A stretch of 64,000 nucleotides of DNA from the human T2T-CHM13v2.0 reference genome, Homo sapiens. The position numbers and the translations under genes were made by a program. Below, in pieces: positions 15,634 to 32,465 of the stretch (positions within the stretch are counted from its first letter, which is position 1; every line of letters starts with the position of its first letter). The notes beneath the pieces are model-generated. The model saw only the letters and a list, made by a program, of their open reading frames with translations, was not told the origin of the DNA and searched no databases. The DNA lies in assembly GCF_009914755.1 (NCBI RefSeq), contig NC_060930.1. One strand, given 5' to 3'.

Positions 15634-16278
15634 TGTCAACTGAAGAATGACAAGGCTCATAAATTTGGAAAGGAAAGCTTTATTTCTCATAAAGGGCTAC
15701 AGCCTGCAGGGTAGCCATTCTGACAGGCTGGGAAGTGTTTTGGGGAAGCCAAAAACAGATGCTTCGAGGGAGGGGCAAAAGGAACGGGAATTTTTGCTAA
15801 ATGAGGTGGCCAAATATACATATTCAATAAACTATAGGAGAAGTCATAAATATTTATGAAAGGAGAAACATACGTATATGCAATTGAGTTTTATGCTTCT
15901 CTATGGGTCCCATGTACAAAAAAATGCTGTTAGCATGATCTGAGGGTGGAGTTTTGGCCCCCGATGTCAAAAGTGATGCAGAGGACACAAAAACCCTTAC
16001 TGTGCATCTCCATAGACTGCCCAGAACCACTCCATGGTGGGTGGTCTCTTATCAGGCAAAAAAGGAGGGGCAGCATCAGGTGGCTGGTAGGGCTGGTTTC
16101 TGTTTATCCTTTAGGAAAGAGACTCTATTTGTGGTTATCAAGGGAGGGGGTTTTAATGAGCTGTGTCTGATCTCCCATGCTGCCATGGCCGAGAACTCAG
16201 TTTTCAAGGTTACTCTGGGGTCACCTTGGCCAAGAGATGGGGTCAGTTGGGGGCTTAGAATTTTCCTTTTAGTTTATG
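15634..16278 (-). mobile_element. ERV1 MER4-group solo LTR (MER83-like)
   Basis: Ends tgtcaactgaagaatgac.. and ..ggggcttagaattttccttttagttta; minus-strand AATAAA near the left end. Confidence 0.75.
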
Positions 16279-18010
16279 ATGTCTCTTCCCTCCCCTGGAG
16301 AGAAACTAAGAAAGACAAAAGCTCCATGTCTCCTCCAGAATTTTAACAGAGGGTGGAGAATCAGATTTGACTTGAGGTGTCCAATTTTAGAAGATAAAGA
16401 GAGTAGTTATTTTAAAATACTGCACAATTTTTAAGCCCCTTCCACCTCAACCTCTGAAAATATGTCTAGTCCCTCACAGTCACAGTGGCAAGCCCATTTC
16501 AGGCCCTGGTCCACACACTTCTAGCTGCTGGTGTTTCCTGGTGGTTACTACCTGGGCTCCAGTCGTTTTGTTTGGGGCATCCACTCTCTACCTGTCTTCC
16601 TTCCACTTCTCTCCACCCTCCTGCTGAACAAGCACCTCCGCTGTGTTCTCCAGAGACTGGAATTACTTCCTCCATCCCAGATTCAGCCCGTCTGCCAGAT
16701 GGTGGTGTAAAAATATTGCTAATACTTTATTGCCAGGTTTTATTCAATGTTAATGTCAAAAGTATGCATGGGAGTAATCATGCCTCTCTCGATATACATC
16801 ATATCATGTTTGATATCAATTTTACTTAGTTGAAAATGAAACTTAATCAATGTTGAGTATTTGGTTTGCTACTCACAATGTACAGATACTCACACATGTC
16901 CCCAAAGAAGCATTAGCTGCCAATAGGGAGGGTTTAAACTTGGTTATGTACGTTACTGTTAAAAGCCAAGGTCAAGTGGAGCATGGACGACCATATTATT
17001 ATTCCACACACAAGATTACTGGACATCATAAAACTCATACTGGAGAAGCAGCAGTGGAAAGTCAAAGCCAGAATTGACTACAAAAGCAAAGACAAAGGGG
17101 CCAGCCAGAATTACAGAGTAACTGGGTGTTGAAAGCTAGTAGCCAAGAAAACATTAGGATCCACTTTGGGAATCTGTGCTAAGCTAAAAACTGGAAGGGT
17201 CAAAGGAAATAACAAGAAATTTGTGGAGACCAACCCAATACCAGCAGAGAGCTTCCTTGGCATAGGGCTTTTCTTGATGTTCACATATTACCATTTCCAC
17301 TTAGCTACTTCTGAGTGTTTGTGTGTCTGAAATAGTGGATCTTTGGCAACTATGGTTATGTGGTGCATTTTTGCACGGTCAAACCATTATTCATTATCTT
17401 TAAAACTGTGCAAAATGTTATCAACAGAGAGAAATTAATCCCATTATTCAACTGGAATGCTTTATTTTTCCACATTTACTGTGTTTACCATGGAAATGGA
17501 TAGATAATCTTTGAGTAAGTCATTGACACCAATACTGGCTTGGAGATGTTGTTTCTATTAATAGCATGGGAAAGAATATTTGGATAAGAAATGATAAATG
17601 ATGACCTTGCACTCTTCAGACTCCCAGCTAGATTGCTAACAACTTCCTCTCCCATAACCCCATCCTCAGAGTTTCTATGCTTTCCCTTAACTTTTTATTT
17701 CTGCCACTTACTCCATGTTAAGTCCTTTGGATGCTGCTGGATCATGGAAACACATAGACCACAACTGCATTTATGTATTGATCTCTTTTACTGCAGTGTG
17801 ATGGGGAGGTGAAGATGGCCCTGAGTCTGAGGGAGTGAGGAAGGAAGGAGACTCTCGTCTCCTTTCCCTGTCAAGTTCTCACAGGTAGTGCTCGTGTGCT
17901 GGTGCACTTGGGTCAATGAGCTGTATAAACAGCCTATCTCTAACAGAAATTTTGTAAGACTAGGTCTTTATGATAAAACCAGTTTAAGTGGGAGAGTTTT
18001 GGGGTTTTAG

Positions 18011-18370
18011 TCAATTCATCAATTCATTCAATAGATATATATGGAGAGTTGACATGATACTTAGTATTCCTCTAGGTGCTAGAGATTCAGCAGTGAACAT
18101 AAGGAAGTCCGGCCCTCAGGGAGATGGTATTTTAGTAGTTGGTTGTGGTTAGGGGTGAAGGGGGCTGGTTGGGTGGTAATGGGGAATAGATGATTAACAA
18201 GTACAAAAATAAATATATTAGGAGGTGATACATGCTATGAAGAAAAATAAAACAACACAGGGTTCAGGGTTAGAGAGTGATGGCTGGCTGTGAAGGGGAT
18301 CTGTGTTATGCAGGGTACTCAGGGTCTCTGATGAGTGGTGATTTCAGCAGTGACCTGGAGAAAGAGTGGA
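18011..18370 (-). mobile_element. L2 3' fragment
   Basis: 'tcaattcattcaatagat..ctaggtgctagagattcagcagtgaaca..ggccctcagggag'. Confidence 0.8.
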
Positions 18371-18918
18371 AGCCAGCCACGCTCTACCTGCCCACCCTTT
18401 GCCCTGCCCCCACTGTAGGATTCTTTGACACCAGCACAGTCCCTACCCTTCCCTTCCATAGCCCGTACAGTCAACTCAGTCCTTGCAGTGACCCCCTATT
18501 TGGACCTGTATCTTTTATAGAACCTAAAAGAGCATACGAATATACATTTGCCTCAGTCAAGTGAAAATAACATATAGGCAACAAATAAAATACAAGTAAA
18601 CCAACAAATAAAATATGAAGCTATTCTTGGGTGATTTGCCATCCTGGTTGTTTTGCTTGGTTACAGGAGTATGTTGCAGCTAGTTCTGTTGTAATTATTG
18701 TTTGTTAGATACTGTACCTCATGATATCACAGGTGGACATGAATCCATTGTTTCACCCCCAAGAGCCTCTCAGCAAGTCCCCACCCAGAAAGTCCCTTCT
18801 CCCCAGAATCAGGGAGCATTAGCTTGCCATCGGCACTGGGCCCACCACACTTCCCTGTACTAGGAGAGGGCTCAGAAGGCCCCAGGTTGTCTGTAGCCCC
18901 AGAGGGATGTGGAAAGAT

Positions 18919-19355
18919 AGCTTGGGGAAGAAGCTACTTCTGCACTCTGTGCTCCACCTCCAGCTGCTATGAAGAAATCACAAAAGCCAACAGGTGCCTA
19001 TATGAGGGAAGCATGGTAGGCCCAGTGCTGGCGGCAAGCTGATGCTTCCTGCTGCTGTGCAGGGCCTTCACCCTCACCCTCATCATGACCATGGGTGTCC
19101 TGGTCTCCCAAGGGGCATTCGGTGGGTCAGGGTTGCCGTCTTTGAGCACAACCAGGGAAAGCTGTGTAAACACATCAAGCACATCTGAGGACTGAAACAG
19201 CTGTCTTGAAACCTCAGACAAGGGCTGGAGGGAGCAGGTTCTACCAGCAGCTGCCTCTTCTGCCTCTTCTCTGCTGGAGCCTCAGCTTGAGGAAGAAGCT
19301 ACTTCTGCATTCTGTGCGCCACTTCCAGCTGCTATCAAGAAATTACAAAAGCCAA
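18919..19355 (+). repeat. 72-bp direct repeat, two copies (18919-18990 and 19284-19355), 66/72 identical
   Basis: agcttg(g/a)ggaagaagctacttctgca(c/t)tctgtgc(t/g)ccac(c/t)tccagctgctat(g/c)aagaaat(c/t)acaaaagccaa, aligned by eye. Confidence 0.95.
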
Positions 19356-20129
19356 TACACTCCCAATATCTGAAGCAGGTTTAGAAAAAACTAGCCTGCA
19401 AATAATTGCTAGTTGTTCTTGGGATAGGGGGAGTCGATCTCTTGGGAACCAGTCTTCTAGATAGGAGCACACTTCAGGAGCCAGGGGCTTCCTAGAGGGG
19501 AAATAGTTTGCAGGGATGGAGTGGGCAAAGCCAGCCCAAGGAACATGGGACCTGAGAGAGGACATAGCTGAACCAAACACTGCCCAAGGAGGATGCCTCA
19601 TTGAATGTGAGACCAGTGTGTTTTTTGGAAACTTTATTCTAGTTCCTGAGCTAAAGTACAGTTTTCTTTTTTTCTTTCATTGACTGGATCTCATGAGCAA
19701 TTCACTTTCCATCAGGGCCAATCTTCTTATCCCCAAAGTAATTGAAAATGGTCCTCTAGTGAAGGCAGACCAGATGTTTTCCAGGGGCTGATGGTCATGA
19801 CACTTGATGTTTACAAAGAGTTCTAAAGATAGAAATGAGATCTTTTGAAATTCTCCCTTTCCTTTTTTAATGAGAAAATATTTCTTACCATAAAGGTTCT
19901 CATCACTTAATAATCCCACAAGCCTGGGGCTGAAATCTATAGCTAGATTAATTTTTTTTGTCAATCTTGATACAAATTCTTTCAAGCTTAATGGGGGAAA
20001 ATGAGAAGAGAGAATGGTAAAAAGGATCAAGACTACTTAAATGTTTATCTCTTGTGGAATTTTTACTCTTAAAAAAGGTAGTTGTTACATGGAAGCAACA
20101 TTTGAATGGATTTATCAGAAGACTCACAC

Positions 20130-20413
20130 ACGCAATAGAAGCATGTTTTATTACCTCCTCTGTGCAGGCATAGGAGATGGGGGACGAGGACTCAGTCACC
20201 AGCCTTCTTCCCTCCGTTTGTGTCTCTGTGTCTGTATTCAAATCTCCCTCTCTTCTCATAAGGACATCAATCATTGGACACCTAATTCACGATGACCTTG
20301 TCTTAACTTGATTACATCTGCAGAGACTCTATTTCCAAATAAGGCCACACTCACAGAAACTGGGGATTAGGACTTCAATACATCTTTCTGTGAGGCACAA
20401 TGTAACCTACAAC
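20130..20413 (-). mobile_element. MaLR LTR fragment (MLT1A/B-like)
   Basis: 'ttctcataaggacatcaatcattgga..cttgattacatctgcagagactctatttccaaataaggccacactcacag..cacaatgtaacctacaaca'. Confidence 0.8.
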
Positions 20414-20843
20414 AACATCTTAGGATAATATTCTGTTGTCTGTTGATATTGATGATTTCCCTGAATGCCTCATTGTCCTCATTATTATGTTCCAGCATGT
20501 TGATTTCATATAGCGTAGTCAATTTTAACAGCCCTGAAAAAGAGTTCACAAGTGATGGAATCTGTGTTATGAGTTCATTATGTAGCTCACTGGTGTCTTT
20601 ATTATTAAAGACATTTCTCATTTTCCTAAAAGGTTTTTTGATTGAAGTGTTCTATGATTAACTTTTAAAAAATATTTTCTGAAGGAAATACAGCAAAAGA
20701 TCATAACTATCCTAAACACAGTCTCCAAAGATAATAGCCATAGAATTCTATCAAGGATATCATGTATGTGAGGGATCTCATTGCCCAGGTAGAAAGTTTC
20801 ACTTGATCCAAGTCCCTGGCTTCTGGAGGAAGCAATGCACCTT

Positions 20844-21557
20844 TGAAACTGTCTTTGCAAAATTACAACAGTATGAGAAATCTGATATAGTTGACTCCAT
20901 CTTGCTTCTGATCTCCAAGTTGTTCTTGATCATTTCTGGGCATAGGCCAAGCTAACTTTGGGAGGAATTTAGTTTATAGTTTTACCTCAAAGCAAAGATG
21001 ATAATAGCCCTTCCTAAAACTAAATCACATTTGTAAAGCTAATGAAAGGCCAAGGTTAGGATTATGAAAGGGGCCTGAATTCTGATAAGATAGGCATAAA
21101 TTCTATAATCCCTTACTACTCTGGAGTTGTGTGGTTAGAGGTCACAAGATTTGTGACTTTCCCATTTGTTCCAATAGGTAACATCACTATCATGGAACTT
21201 AAGATTTGTTTTTGAGATATCTTCCAGAGCGACCCCACCCAGAGTCATGATTCGTGATTCAACTGAGCCTGTGTCCCCATCCAGAGGCAGACTCAACACA
21301 TGAGGACAGTTTTCCACACCCTTGTGACTTCATCCCCAACCAATCAGTAGCACCCATCCCCCAGCCCCCATCCACCAAATTGTCCATAAAAACCCTAAGC
21401 TCCAAACCTTCAGGGAGGCTGATTTAAGTGATAGCTCCAATTCTCCCATGTGAGCTAGCTTCATGTTAATTAAACTCTTTCTCTACTGCAATGCCATAGT
21501 CTCAGTGGATTGATTTTATCTGTGCAATGGGCAGGAAGAACCTGTTGGGTAATTATA
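20844..21557 (+). mobile_element. LTR8-family solo LTR (ERV1)
   Basis: Starts tgaaactgtctttgcaaaatt; contains 'gactccatcttgcttct', 'ctaactttgggaggaatttagtttatagttt'; ends gaagaacctgttgggtaattata. Confidence 0.88.
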
Positions 21558-22633
21558 CCTAAGCATGACACATTCACGACTGGTTCTCTTATTGAAGAAT
21601 AGAACCTCCCCAGACAGGTTTCTGTAAATACACAGTTGCATGGTAAATATGGTGTCCTCAAGGTAGAGCGTTCTAAGTTTTTACAGAGTTAAAATATCAT
21701 GGCAAACCTCAAATTGTTGTGAATGCTTATATACTCCTGTGCATGTGTGTCACTTTACCAAGAAAAATGTGTCTGAACAAAGATTCAATTTATTTTCCTA
21801 AGCCCTCAGAAAAAAAAATGGATACATTATTGTGATTTTTCCAGTTCTATAAACATGTGTGTTTTTGTATGTTTATATACCCGAGTATGCCTTTCAAGTT
21901 CAGGCGTAGAATCCTATGGCTTTTGCAACTTGGCCCTCCCTATTTATTATAGTCCACACTGCTGCCTGGGTTAGATCAATGGGCTTTCAACCTTACCCTG
22001 TACCAAGATGTACAGATTACAGTTGAGCTTGCAGAGGGGACTGTTCTCCTTCACGCTCCCACTGGTTGTGATTCATCAACCTTCGTGCCCTGCTGAGACC
22101 CCTGCTTGGAGGCATTTGAGTTTCTCAGCCTTCCAAACATACCTCAGGGTCCTGTGGAATCTCAGCACCATGAATTGTGCCCCCTATTTCAGCTATAGCA
22201 ACAAGTATCTTAACCCCATGCTCCTTAAATGCCTCTAACCATGATAACTAAACCTACAGGTCAGCTCTGCATCTATAGATTCTCCTGACTCAATCTGCAA
22301 CCCCAGTCACCCTGGATCTCTGTCCTGTAGCAATGAACAGCTTCATCCCTGTGGTAATTGATACCTGTGCTGGGCATTTTCCCTTTGCCCTCTGACCCAC
22401 TGCCCCTTGCTCTGTGCCCATGAAGGCTGAACTCTGGGGGCTTCTTCAATATGTTCCCTTGCCTTGAAATGATTTTCTTCAATGGCATTTATAAGCAGGA
22501 AGTCAGAAGATGGAAGGAGCTGGGTTGAAGGGTATTAGTGACTCATGCAAAGGCTGTAGATCCTCCACCCCCAACCTGGGAGACCCACCTGTGTCTCAGG
22601 ATTCTGGTAGAAAAGATTCACTACCTGCCCTTG

Positions 22634-22689
22634 TCATTTCAGTTTCAGGGATGACAAAGGCTCATTTCAGGTTCAGGGATGACAAAGTC
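22634..22689 (+). repeat. 28-bp head-to-tail tandem duplication
   Basis: tcatttcagtttcagggatgacaaaggc followed by tcatttcaggttcagggatgacaaagtc (2 mismatches). Confidence 0.92.
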
Positions 22690-24748
22690 TCCTACTATCA
22701 CTAGCCCTGTGGTGTTTCACTGGACTTTGTTGGTTTCTTTTAAGCTTATCCGTTCATTTTGCAAGTAATCACAGTTTTAAACTTTCTATAATTACCCACA
22801 TTTAATCTGCCATATTTTCCTTCTGGGATGCTTCGAGTCTACTTTGCCCTTAAATTTGCTGCTGAAAAACATGAATGTTATGATCATTTATAAGGAATGT
22901 GATAGAATGATAGTAAAGTACTGAAGTTTACAAATGATTTCCTTTTTAAAGCCAGTTTGAGTTGAGGCAAGGCTATCTCTATAATAACATCACTCTTACT
23001 TGAATTCTTCTATACTCTCTTAAGCAAGGGCAAAGGCGTGGAGTTGGCACAGTCTAGCTGGGAATTGCTTGTGGGGCGTGATGCACATCTGAGCACCATA
23101 TCATGTCCTTCCCGTGCTTCCCTCTAGAACAGTTCCCTCGGTCTTGGAGCCCCTTTCTGGAGGATGGCCTCTGTGCCTGTCCTGGATTAATCATCCTCTT
23201 AGTGAGTATTTAGTGGAATGCATTGAGCAGCATGAGTGGCTGGGTGACAGCACCTGTGTCTGGGGCACAGCCTCTGTCCCATCTGAGTCTTCCTGGCTCT
23301 CAGGCATGCTTTTCCTCCCATCCTTGCTGTGTGAGCCATCATTACTTCACAAACACATCTGGCTTCCTCTTCTGCCTTTCCAGAAGAGGGCAAGGGATAC
23401 TAATGAAGTTCACAGAAGGCTGTAATACAACCCTTTAGTCGAACACACCCTGTGGAATTCCTTGGCTAATATCTCCAAGTTCGGGTGGGGTTCTGTCCCC
23501 GACTTTGCCTGGACATAAAAGATTCACATTGAAGGAATTCATTAAAAGAAACCACTTGGTGCTGTGAGGTTGTGGTTGGAATAATCATAAAATGTTTCTG
23601 CTGATTGGCAGGTAAGGGATGATCAATTATCAATTAAAATAAAAAGAAAGCATGTGAGGAGACGAGGAAGAAGAAGAGAGACCAGGCAACTCAGCCATGT
23701 GGGCAAATAAACTCTTCCAAGTAGTCCGTCTCCAGGGCAGTGGAGATGCGTGTTCCTTGGTGAACCCCACTCCTCACCACACAGCCAGAACCAGCCACAT
23801 GCACAGTCAGGTCAGAGATGGGCACAGTCTGGAGGCAGAGACATTTGTTAAATTTCATGTAAGTCATGAAAATCAAAAGCTTTTTTCCTCTGCTAAGACA
23901 TCAACTTAGAAATGTGTTTGGGGAGGGGAGTGAACAACCTTGGTGGGCACCTTGGTAGAAAGGTTTAGGGGCAAATTCTTTCTTCACAGTCAATCTTCTC
24001 TCTTCCAGAAAATTACTGTCTACAAAAAATATTGCCCTGATTTATCTAATTTAAAACGGGGTTTAACAGTAATTTAAAACAGCCTGTAATTGTAAAATGA
24101 GATCTGTAACTACTCACTAAACATGAGATTGGTGAAGTTACGTGGTGACGAACCCCTCTAGGTTGCTAAGACATTATTTAGATAAAGGGATTTAAAGTAC
24201 ATAAAGGATCCATAAAAGATGTACAAAGGGGATGGGAAACACCCCAAGTACTTAAACAGCTAACACGAAAGAGAATATGTTGAATATTCTGGAGGTTATG
24301 TTGTAGAGAACTGTTTTTCAAACACCAACAGTGAAACACTATCAATAAAATCTTGCAGTACCTGAAATACATAGAACTGATGAGGCCACCCCTGGTGGGG
24401 CTCCTCCCATGCCGCTGCTCCGCAGTTCCCTTGTGGAGCCCCCAGCACTGTCAGTGAAGCAGTTTGGAAATCACTGGGAGCCCCTCTTCAGCTGTTCTGC
24501 ATAGACATGCAAGGCAGTCCAAGAGTAAATAAATTTAAAATGTGATAGGAGGAATGTGTGCTACAATGGAGAGCTTTAAAACATTGGACTGGAGCCCCAA
24601 ACAGATTTCCAGTGGCTTCTAATTATCGATAAAAAGAAGTATAAAAAGCACCTCCTTTACAGCCCCAGGTAATTTGGCCTCAGGCTCTCTTTCCAACCCA
24701 ACCTTCCGTGGCTCAGCCACTTCTCCATATACCAAGCTGGGACCCTGA

Positions 24749-25346
<598 letters not shown>

Positions 25347-25349
25347 CTC

Positions 25350-25740
25350 TAACCCACGGATCACCACATCAAATGCCCACAGAGGCTGGCTGGTAACACA
25401 CAGGCTGGCTGGCTCAGGGCTTCCTGGGGAGTGGTAGAGACCACGAAGAGCAAAAGAATGTGCCCATTCCATAGGGCAGGGCCCTCAGCACTGGACCATC
25501 ATAGTGAGGCAGGAATGTGGGTTCCGCTGTTCCCAGACCTCCTCAGTTTTTAAGGAGCCGTTAGAAATCTGGATCATAAATGCATTTGGGAAGTGCCTAT
25601 TCACATGTGTGTGTGAATTTTCAAAATTTTTAAATGTTGGCATCTACTCCATAATTTTAAAAATAAATGTAGCACAACATTGTTTAAGCGAAACAGGACA
25701 TGTTGAGAGCCAAACCTGGCCCGCAGAGAGCCAGCATGCT
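25350..25740. mobile_element. MER102-like hAT DNA element
   Basis: 'agaaatctggat..atttttaaatgttggcatctactc..aaacaggacatgttgagagccaaacctggcccgcag'. Confidence 0.6.
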
Positions 25741-26550
25741 CACTCCCTCTTTGCAAGGACTGTACTGGTCAGGGCCTTCCTCCTCAATAGCTGTGAGGGG
25801 CTCCCAGGCAGGCTGGCTCAAATCTTGGCATACTCAGAGCCTCATCTGTGACACCTATAGTCGAGCCAACACTTCTGCAAAATATCCATGTCTTGCTGGC
25901 AAAAGGAATTACTGAAAGTTCCCTTTTGTGCTGGTGCTGAAAGTAAAAAAAAAAAAAGTCGACACTGAAATGTTGGAACACAATTTTAAAATGAATCTTT
26001 AACCTAGAGCCATAGAACCCAGAGAGAATTTTGAACTCTTCCTTTCTCCTCACTGCCCAGGGGATAAGACTGCATGCAGAGGGAGAAGTGACTTAGAGTG
26101 TCACCATCTGTAAGTGGACACGCTGGGCCAGGCCGTATGTGTGCTGGTCCCAAAGCCAGGGCTGCTTTAGGATGCCATGTAGAAGTGGACATGCTGCTGA
26201 AACCCAACACCCTGAGTCATCAGATGGGAGTGACAATGGGTGAAATTATGAAACCATACGCTTCCCAGCGTCCTAGTTTTTGATGTATCTAGTACTTTAG
26301 AAATACTTGAGGTTTAAAAAAATTTTTTTTAATCTGGTGATTTAAAATATAACAGTTAAAGTTTTAACCCTGGTAGCTAAACTTCCTGTTCTGAGCCCTG
26401 CAGAACCATCTCCTTACGAACTGTCTGGAATCCAAAGATGGGCCACTGCCCAGAGGAAGCCCTGATGGGAGAGAAAGACACACCTGCACGCGGACTGGAA
26501 GCAGAGCTTCTCCTTCTTTGTATTTCTGTGCTGTGCTCACCTAAATAATT

Positions 26551-29353
<2,803 letters not shown>

Positions 29354-31505
29354 TCACCTAAATAATTTTTACATTTGAAGACTTTGTACTTTTTAAACAA
29401 CAATAATAAACATAATTTTGAAATCCTAAGTACTATATGTCAGCATGTGGGAAGACAGCTAAAGTGTCCACTGTGAAAACAAGGAGAAAAGTGTGAAAAT
29501 GTGCAAAAGAAAAAATAAATTAAAAACTGCTCTTTTTAGGAACAAAGGTGAAATGTAAGGGCTTGGAAATATGACTGCTGAGAAACTAGTACATTTTAGA
29601 AAAATTTTCATTTTCCAGCCTCCAGAGCATCTACCCCAAAGCTCCGCATCTGCTCAGCTCCTTTATGTGTTTTTGGTAAAGTGCACAGGTAGGATATTTT
29701 GGCTGCTCATGGCCAACAACATTGTCTCTGCTGTTCCCCTTCCCCTTTGTCACATTACAGCTGACAGTCACCCCATATGCAGGGGTCAATTGCCTGTCAT
29801 CCCTCTATGGGAACAGCTTGCAGGGATAGTCTTCCCGCCCACCTGCTGACTCACGCAGGTCAGACACAAAGGTACAAGGACACAGAAATTATTGAAACAC
29901 AGATGTGTCCTCCAGTGCCTGACACTGGATGCATGTGGGCAGTGGAAGAGAATCAAGGCTTGAAATGTATGGAATCAGAAAGTACTTCATAGAAAGTTCT
30001 TCCAACACCTGGCATGAAAAGCACGAGCTGAAGATTTAGTTCTCAAGTATACCTATTCCAAGTTAAAGCTCTCTCCTGTCAGGAATATACTCCATAATTC
30101 AGGGCATGACATTATAAATGTGCTGCACAGCTTTGTTCCTCTTTGGTGGGAATCACACAAAATAGAATTTATCAGAACATCTGTGTTTGAAGGGCACGAC
30201 CTGTTGCGGTATTGCAAAAAGTGAATCTGTCTGTAATAGCACCATGGGAGGGGAGCCCAGTGGAGATTTTCCAGGTTTGAAAATACTCCTAAAACTTTAC
30301 ACAGCATCATCAAAAATGACTTGGGAAGCTAACAGAAACTTTTCCTAACTGTCAATAGTAAAACAACCATGCTCAAGAGAGGACTGAAGTATCTTGATTT
30401 TCTCTATTAAATTGTCATCATAAGAAATGATCAGAATATGGGGCCAAAAATGCAAGGGAAGAGGCGTTATAGAGCCAGGTAGGTAATTAAATAAAAGCAG
30501 TGTAATATTTTTCCAGGTCTTATGATGTTTCATAAGACAGCTTTAAAAAATTATAATATATTGTGGCTTCTTTTCTCATTCTAAATTAATGTTTTCACTT
30601 TTGTAGTCATCTTTATGTTAAAACCTTACCACTCCTAAACTGTGTATGCTTCAGGCCCTACAAAAGCAGATTCACTCCTGTCTCTGGTTGAAAGAAGAGA
30701 ATAATATTCAAGAGAAATGTGAAACAATTATTTTCCTGCTGGCAAAGGAGAAAAAAAATTAAGTAAAAAAAATTCTAACAACAAAATAACTTGAGGTGGG
30801 AAACTCCAAACACAGGTAGAATTTAGCAAAGAAACACAAATGCTCTGGGTCATACGTTTGCAGCCTCCCCCCTCAGCTCATGTCCTTCTAGCACCAACAG
30901 CTTTCCCAGATGCAGCTGGGATGACAGACACTGACCAGGCTCCTAGGAAATGTCAACAAGGTTCCTCATTCAGAACCTGGCTTCTCTCCCTGTAAGACTC
31001 AATCTGGAGCTCAAGGATGGAGAATGAAATCTCATCTCTGCCTTGCAGTCCTCAAAGATGGCCCATCTCCTACAGGCAGATGCTGTCTGCTATGGTTTGA
31101 ATATGTCCCCCAAATCCTATATATTGAAATTTTAATTCAAAAATTTATATGTTGATGGAGGTGGGACCTTTGGGAGGTAATTAGGATTTGATATGGTCAA
31201 CAAGGTGGGGCACCCATGATGGGACTGGTGGCTTTATAAGAAGAGGAAGAGTCCTGAGCTGACATGCATGCTCTTGCCCTCTTGACTTGTGATGCAGCAA
31301 GAAGGCCCTCACCAGATGCTAGTGCCATGTTCTTGGGCTTTCCAGCATACAGAACCATGAGTTAAACAAACTTACTTTCTTATAAATTACCCAGTCCATA
31401 GTCTGTGGTATTGTATTAGTCAGGATTCTCTAGAGGGACAGAACTAATAGGATATTGAAGCTGATTCAGAGCATACACAGCCTTCTGGAGAACTTTGCTC
31501 CAGAC

Positions 31506-32229
31506 CTACAAAGTATTGTCACTTAGTTGGCATTGTAATTGTGACTTCAAAAGGCCATTCCACCATTTTATCAATCCAGCTGCTTCAGGATGATGGGGAA
31601 CACGGTAAGACCAGTGAATTCCACGAGCATGAGCCCACTGCCACACTTCTTTAGCTGTAAAGTGAGTGCCTTGGTCAGAGGCAATGCCATGTGGAATACC
31701 ATGATGGTGGATGAGGCATTCCATAAGTCCACAGATGGTAGTCTTGGCAGAAGCATTGTGTGCAGGATAGGCAAACCCATATCTGGAGTAAGTGTCTATT
31801 CCAATGAGGACAAACCTCTGCCCTTTCCATGATGGAAGAGGTTCAGTATAATCAGCCTCTCACCTGGTAGCAGGCTGATCACCCCAAGGAATGGTGCCAT
31901 ATCAAGGGCTCAGTGTTAGTCTCTGTTGCTGGCAAATTGGGTACTCAGCAGTGGCTGTAGCCAGGTCAGCCTTGGTGATTGGAAGTCCATGTTGCTGAGC
32001 CCCTGTGTAACCTCCATCCCTGCCACCATGGCCCCTTTGTTCATGGGCCCATTGGGTGATGACAGGGGTGGCTGGGGAAAGAGTCTGAGTGGTGTCCACA
32101 GAATGGGTCATCCATCCTATCCACTTGATTATTAAAATCCTCCTCTGCTAAGGTCACCCTTTTGTGAGCACTCACATAGGATACAAATATCTTCACAGTT
32201 TTTGACCACTCAGAGAGGTCTATCCACAT
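31506..32229 (-). pseudogene. HERV-L RNase H/integrase remnants
   Basis: 'VKIFVSYVSAH', 'WAHEQRGHGGRDGG..ATATAEYPICQQQR' (degenerate HHCC), 'GIASDQGTHFTA..HHPEAAGLIKWWNGLLK'. Confidence 0.9.
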
Positions 32230-32465
32230 ACATCTTCCTCAAATTTCTTTGTCACCAATTTTCCAATCATGCTTCTTCCAAGTACCTGACCATCCAGCAG
32301 CCAAACCATTGGCTACAGCCCATGAATCAGTATATAATCGCACATCTGGCCATGTCTCCTTCCATGCAAAGTGCACAACGAGGTACACTGCCCGAAGTTC
32401 TGCCTACTGGAAAGATTTTCCTTCACCGCTGTCCTTCAGGGATGTCCTAGAAAGGTACTGTAGCA

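Noticed and set aside
18919-19355. CRISPR-like or LTR-pair reading of the direct repeat
   Set aside because: Only two 72-bp copies in primate DNA, with no cas genes, no TG..CA termini and no PBS
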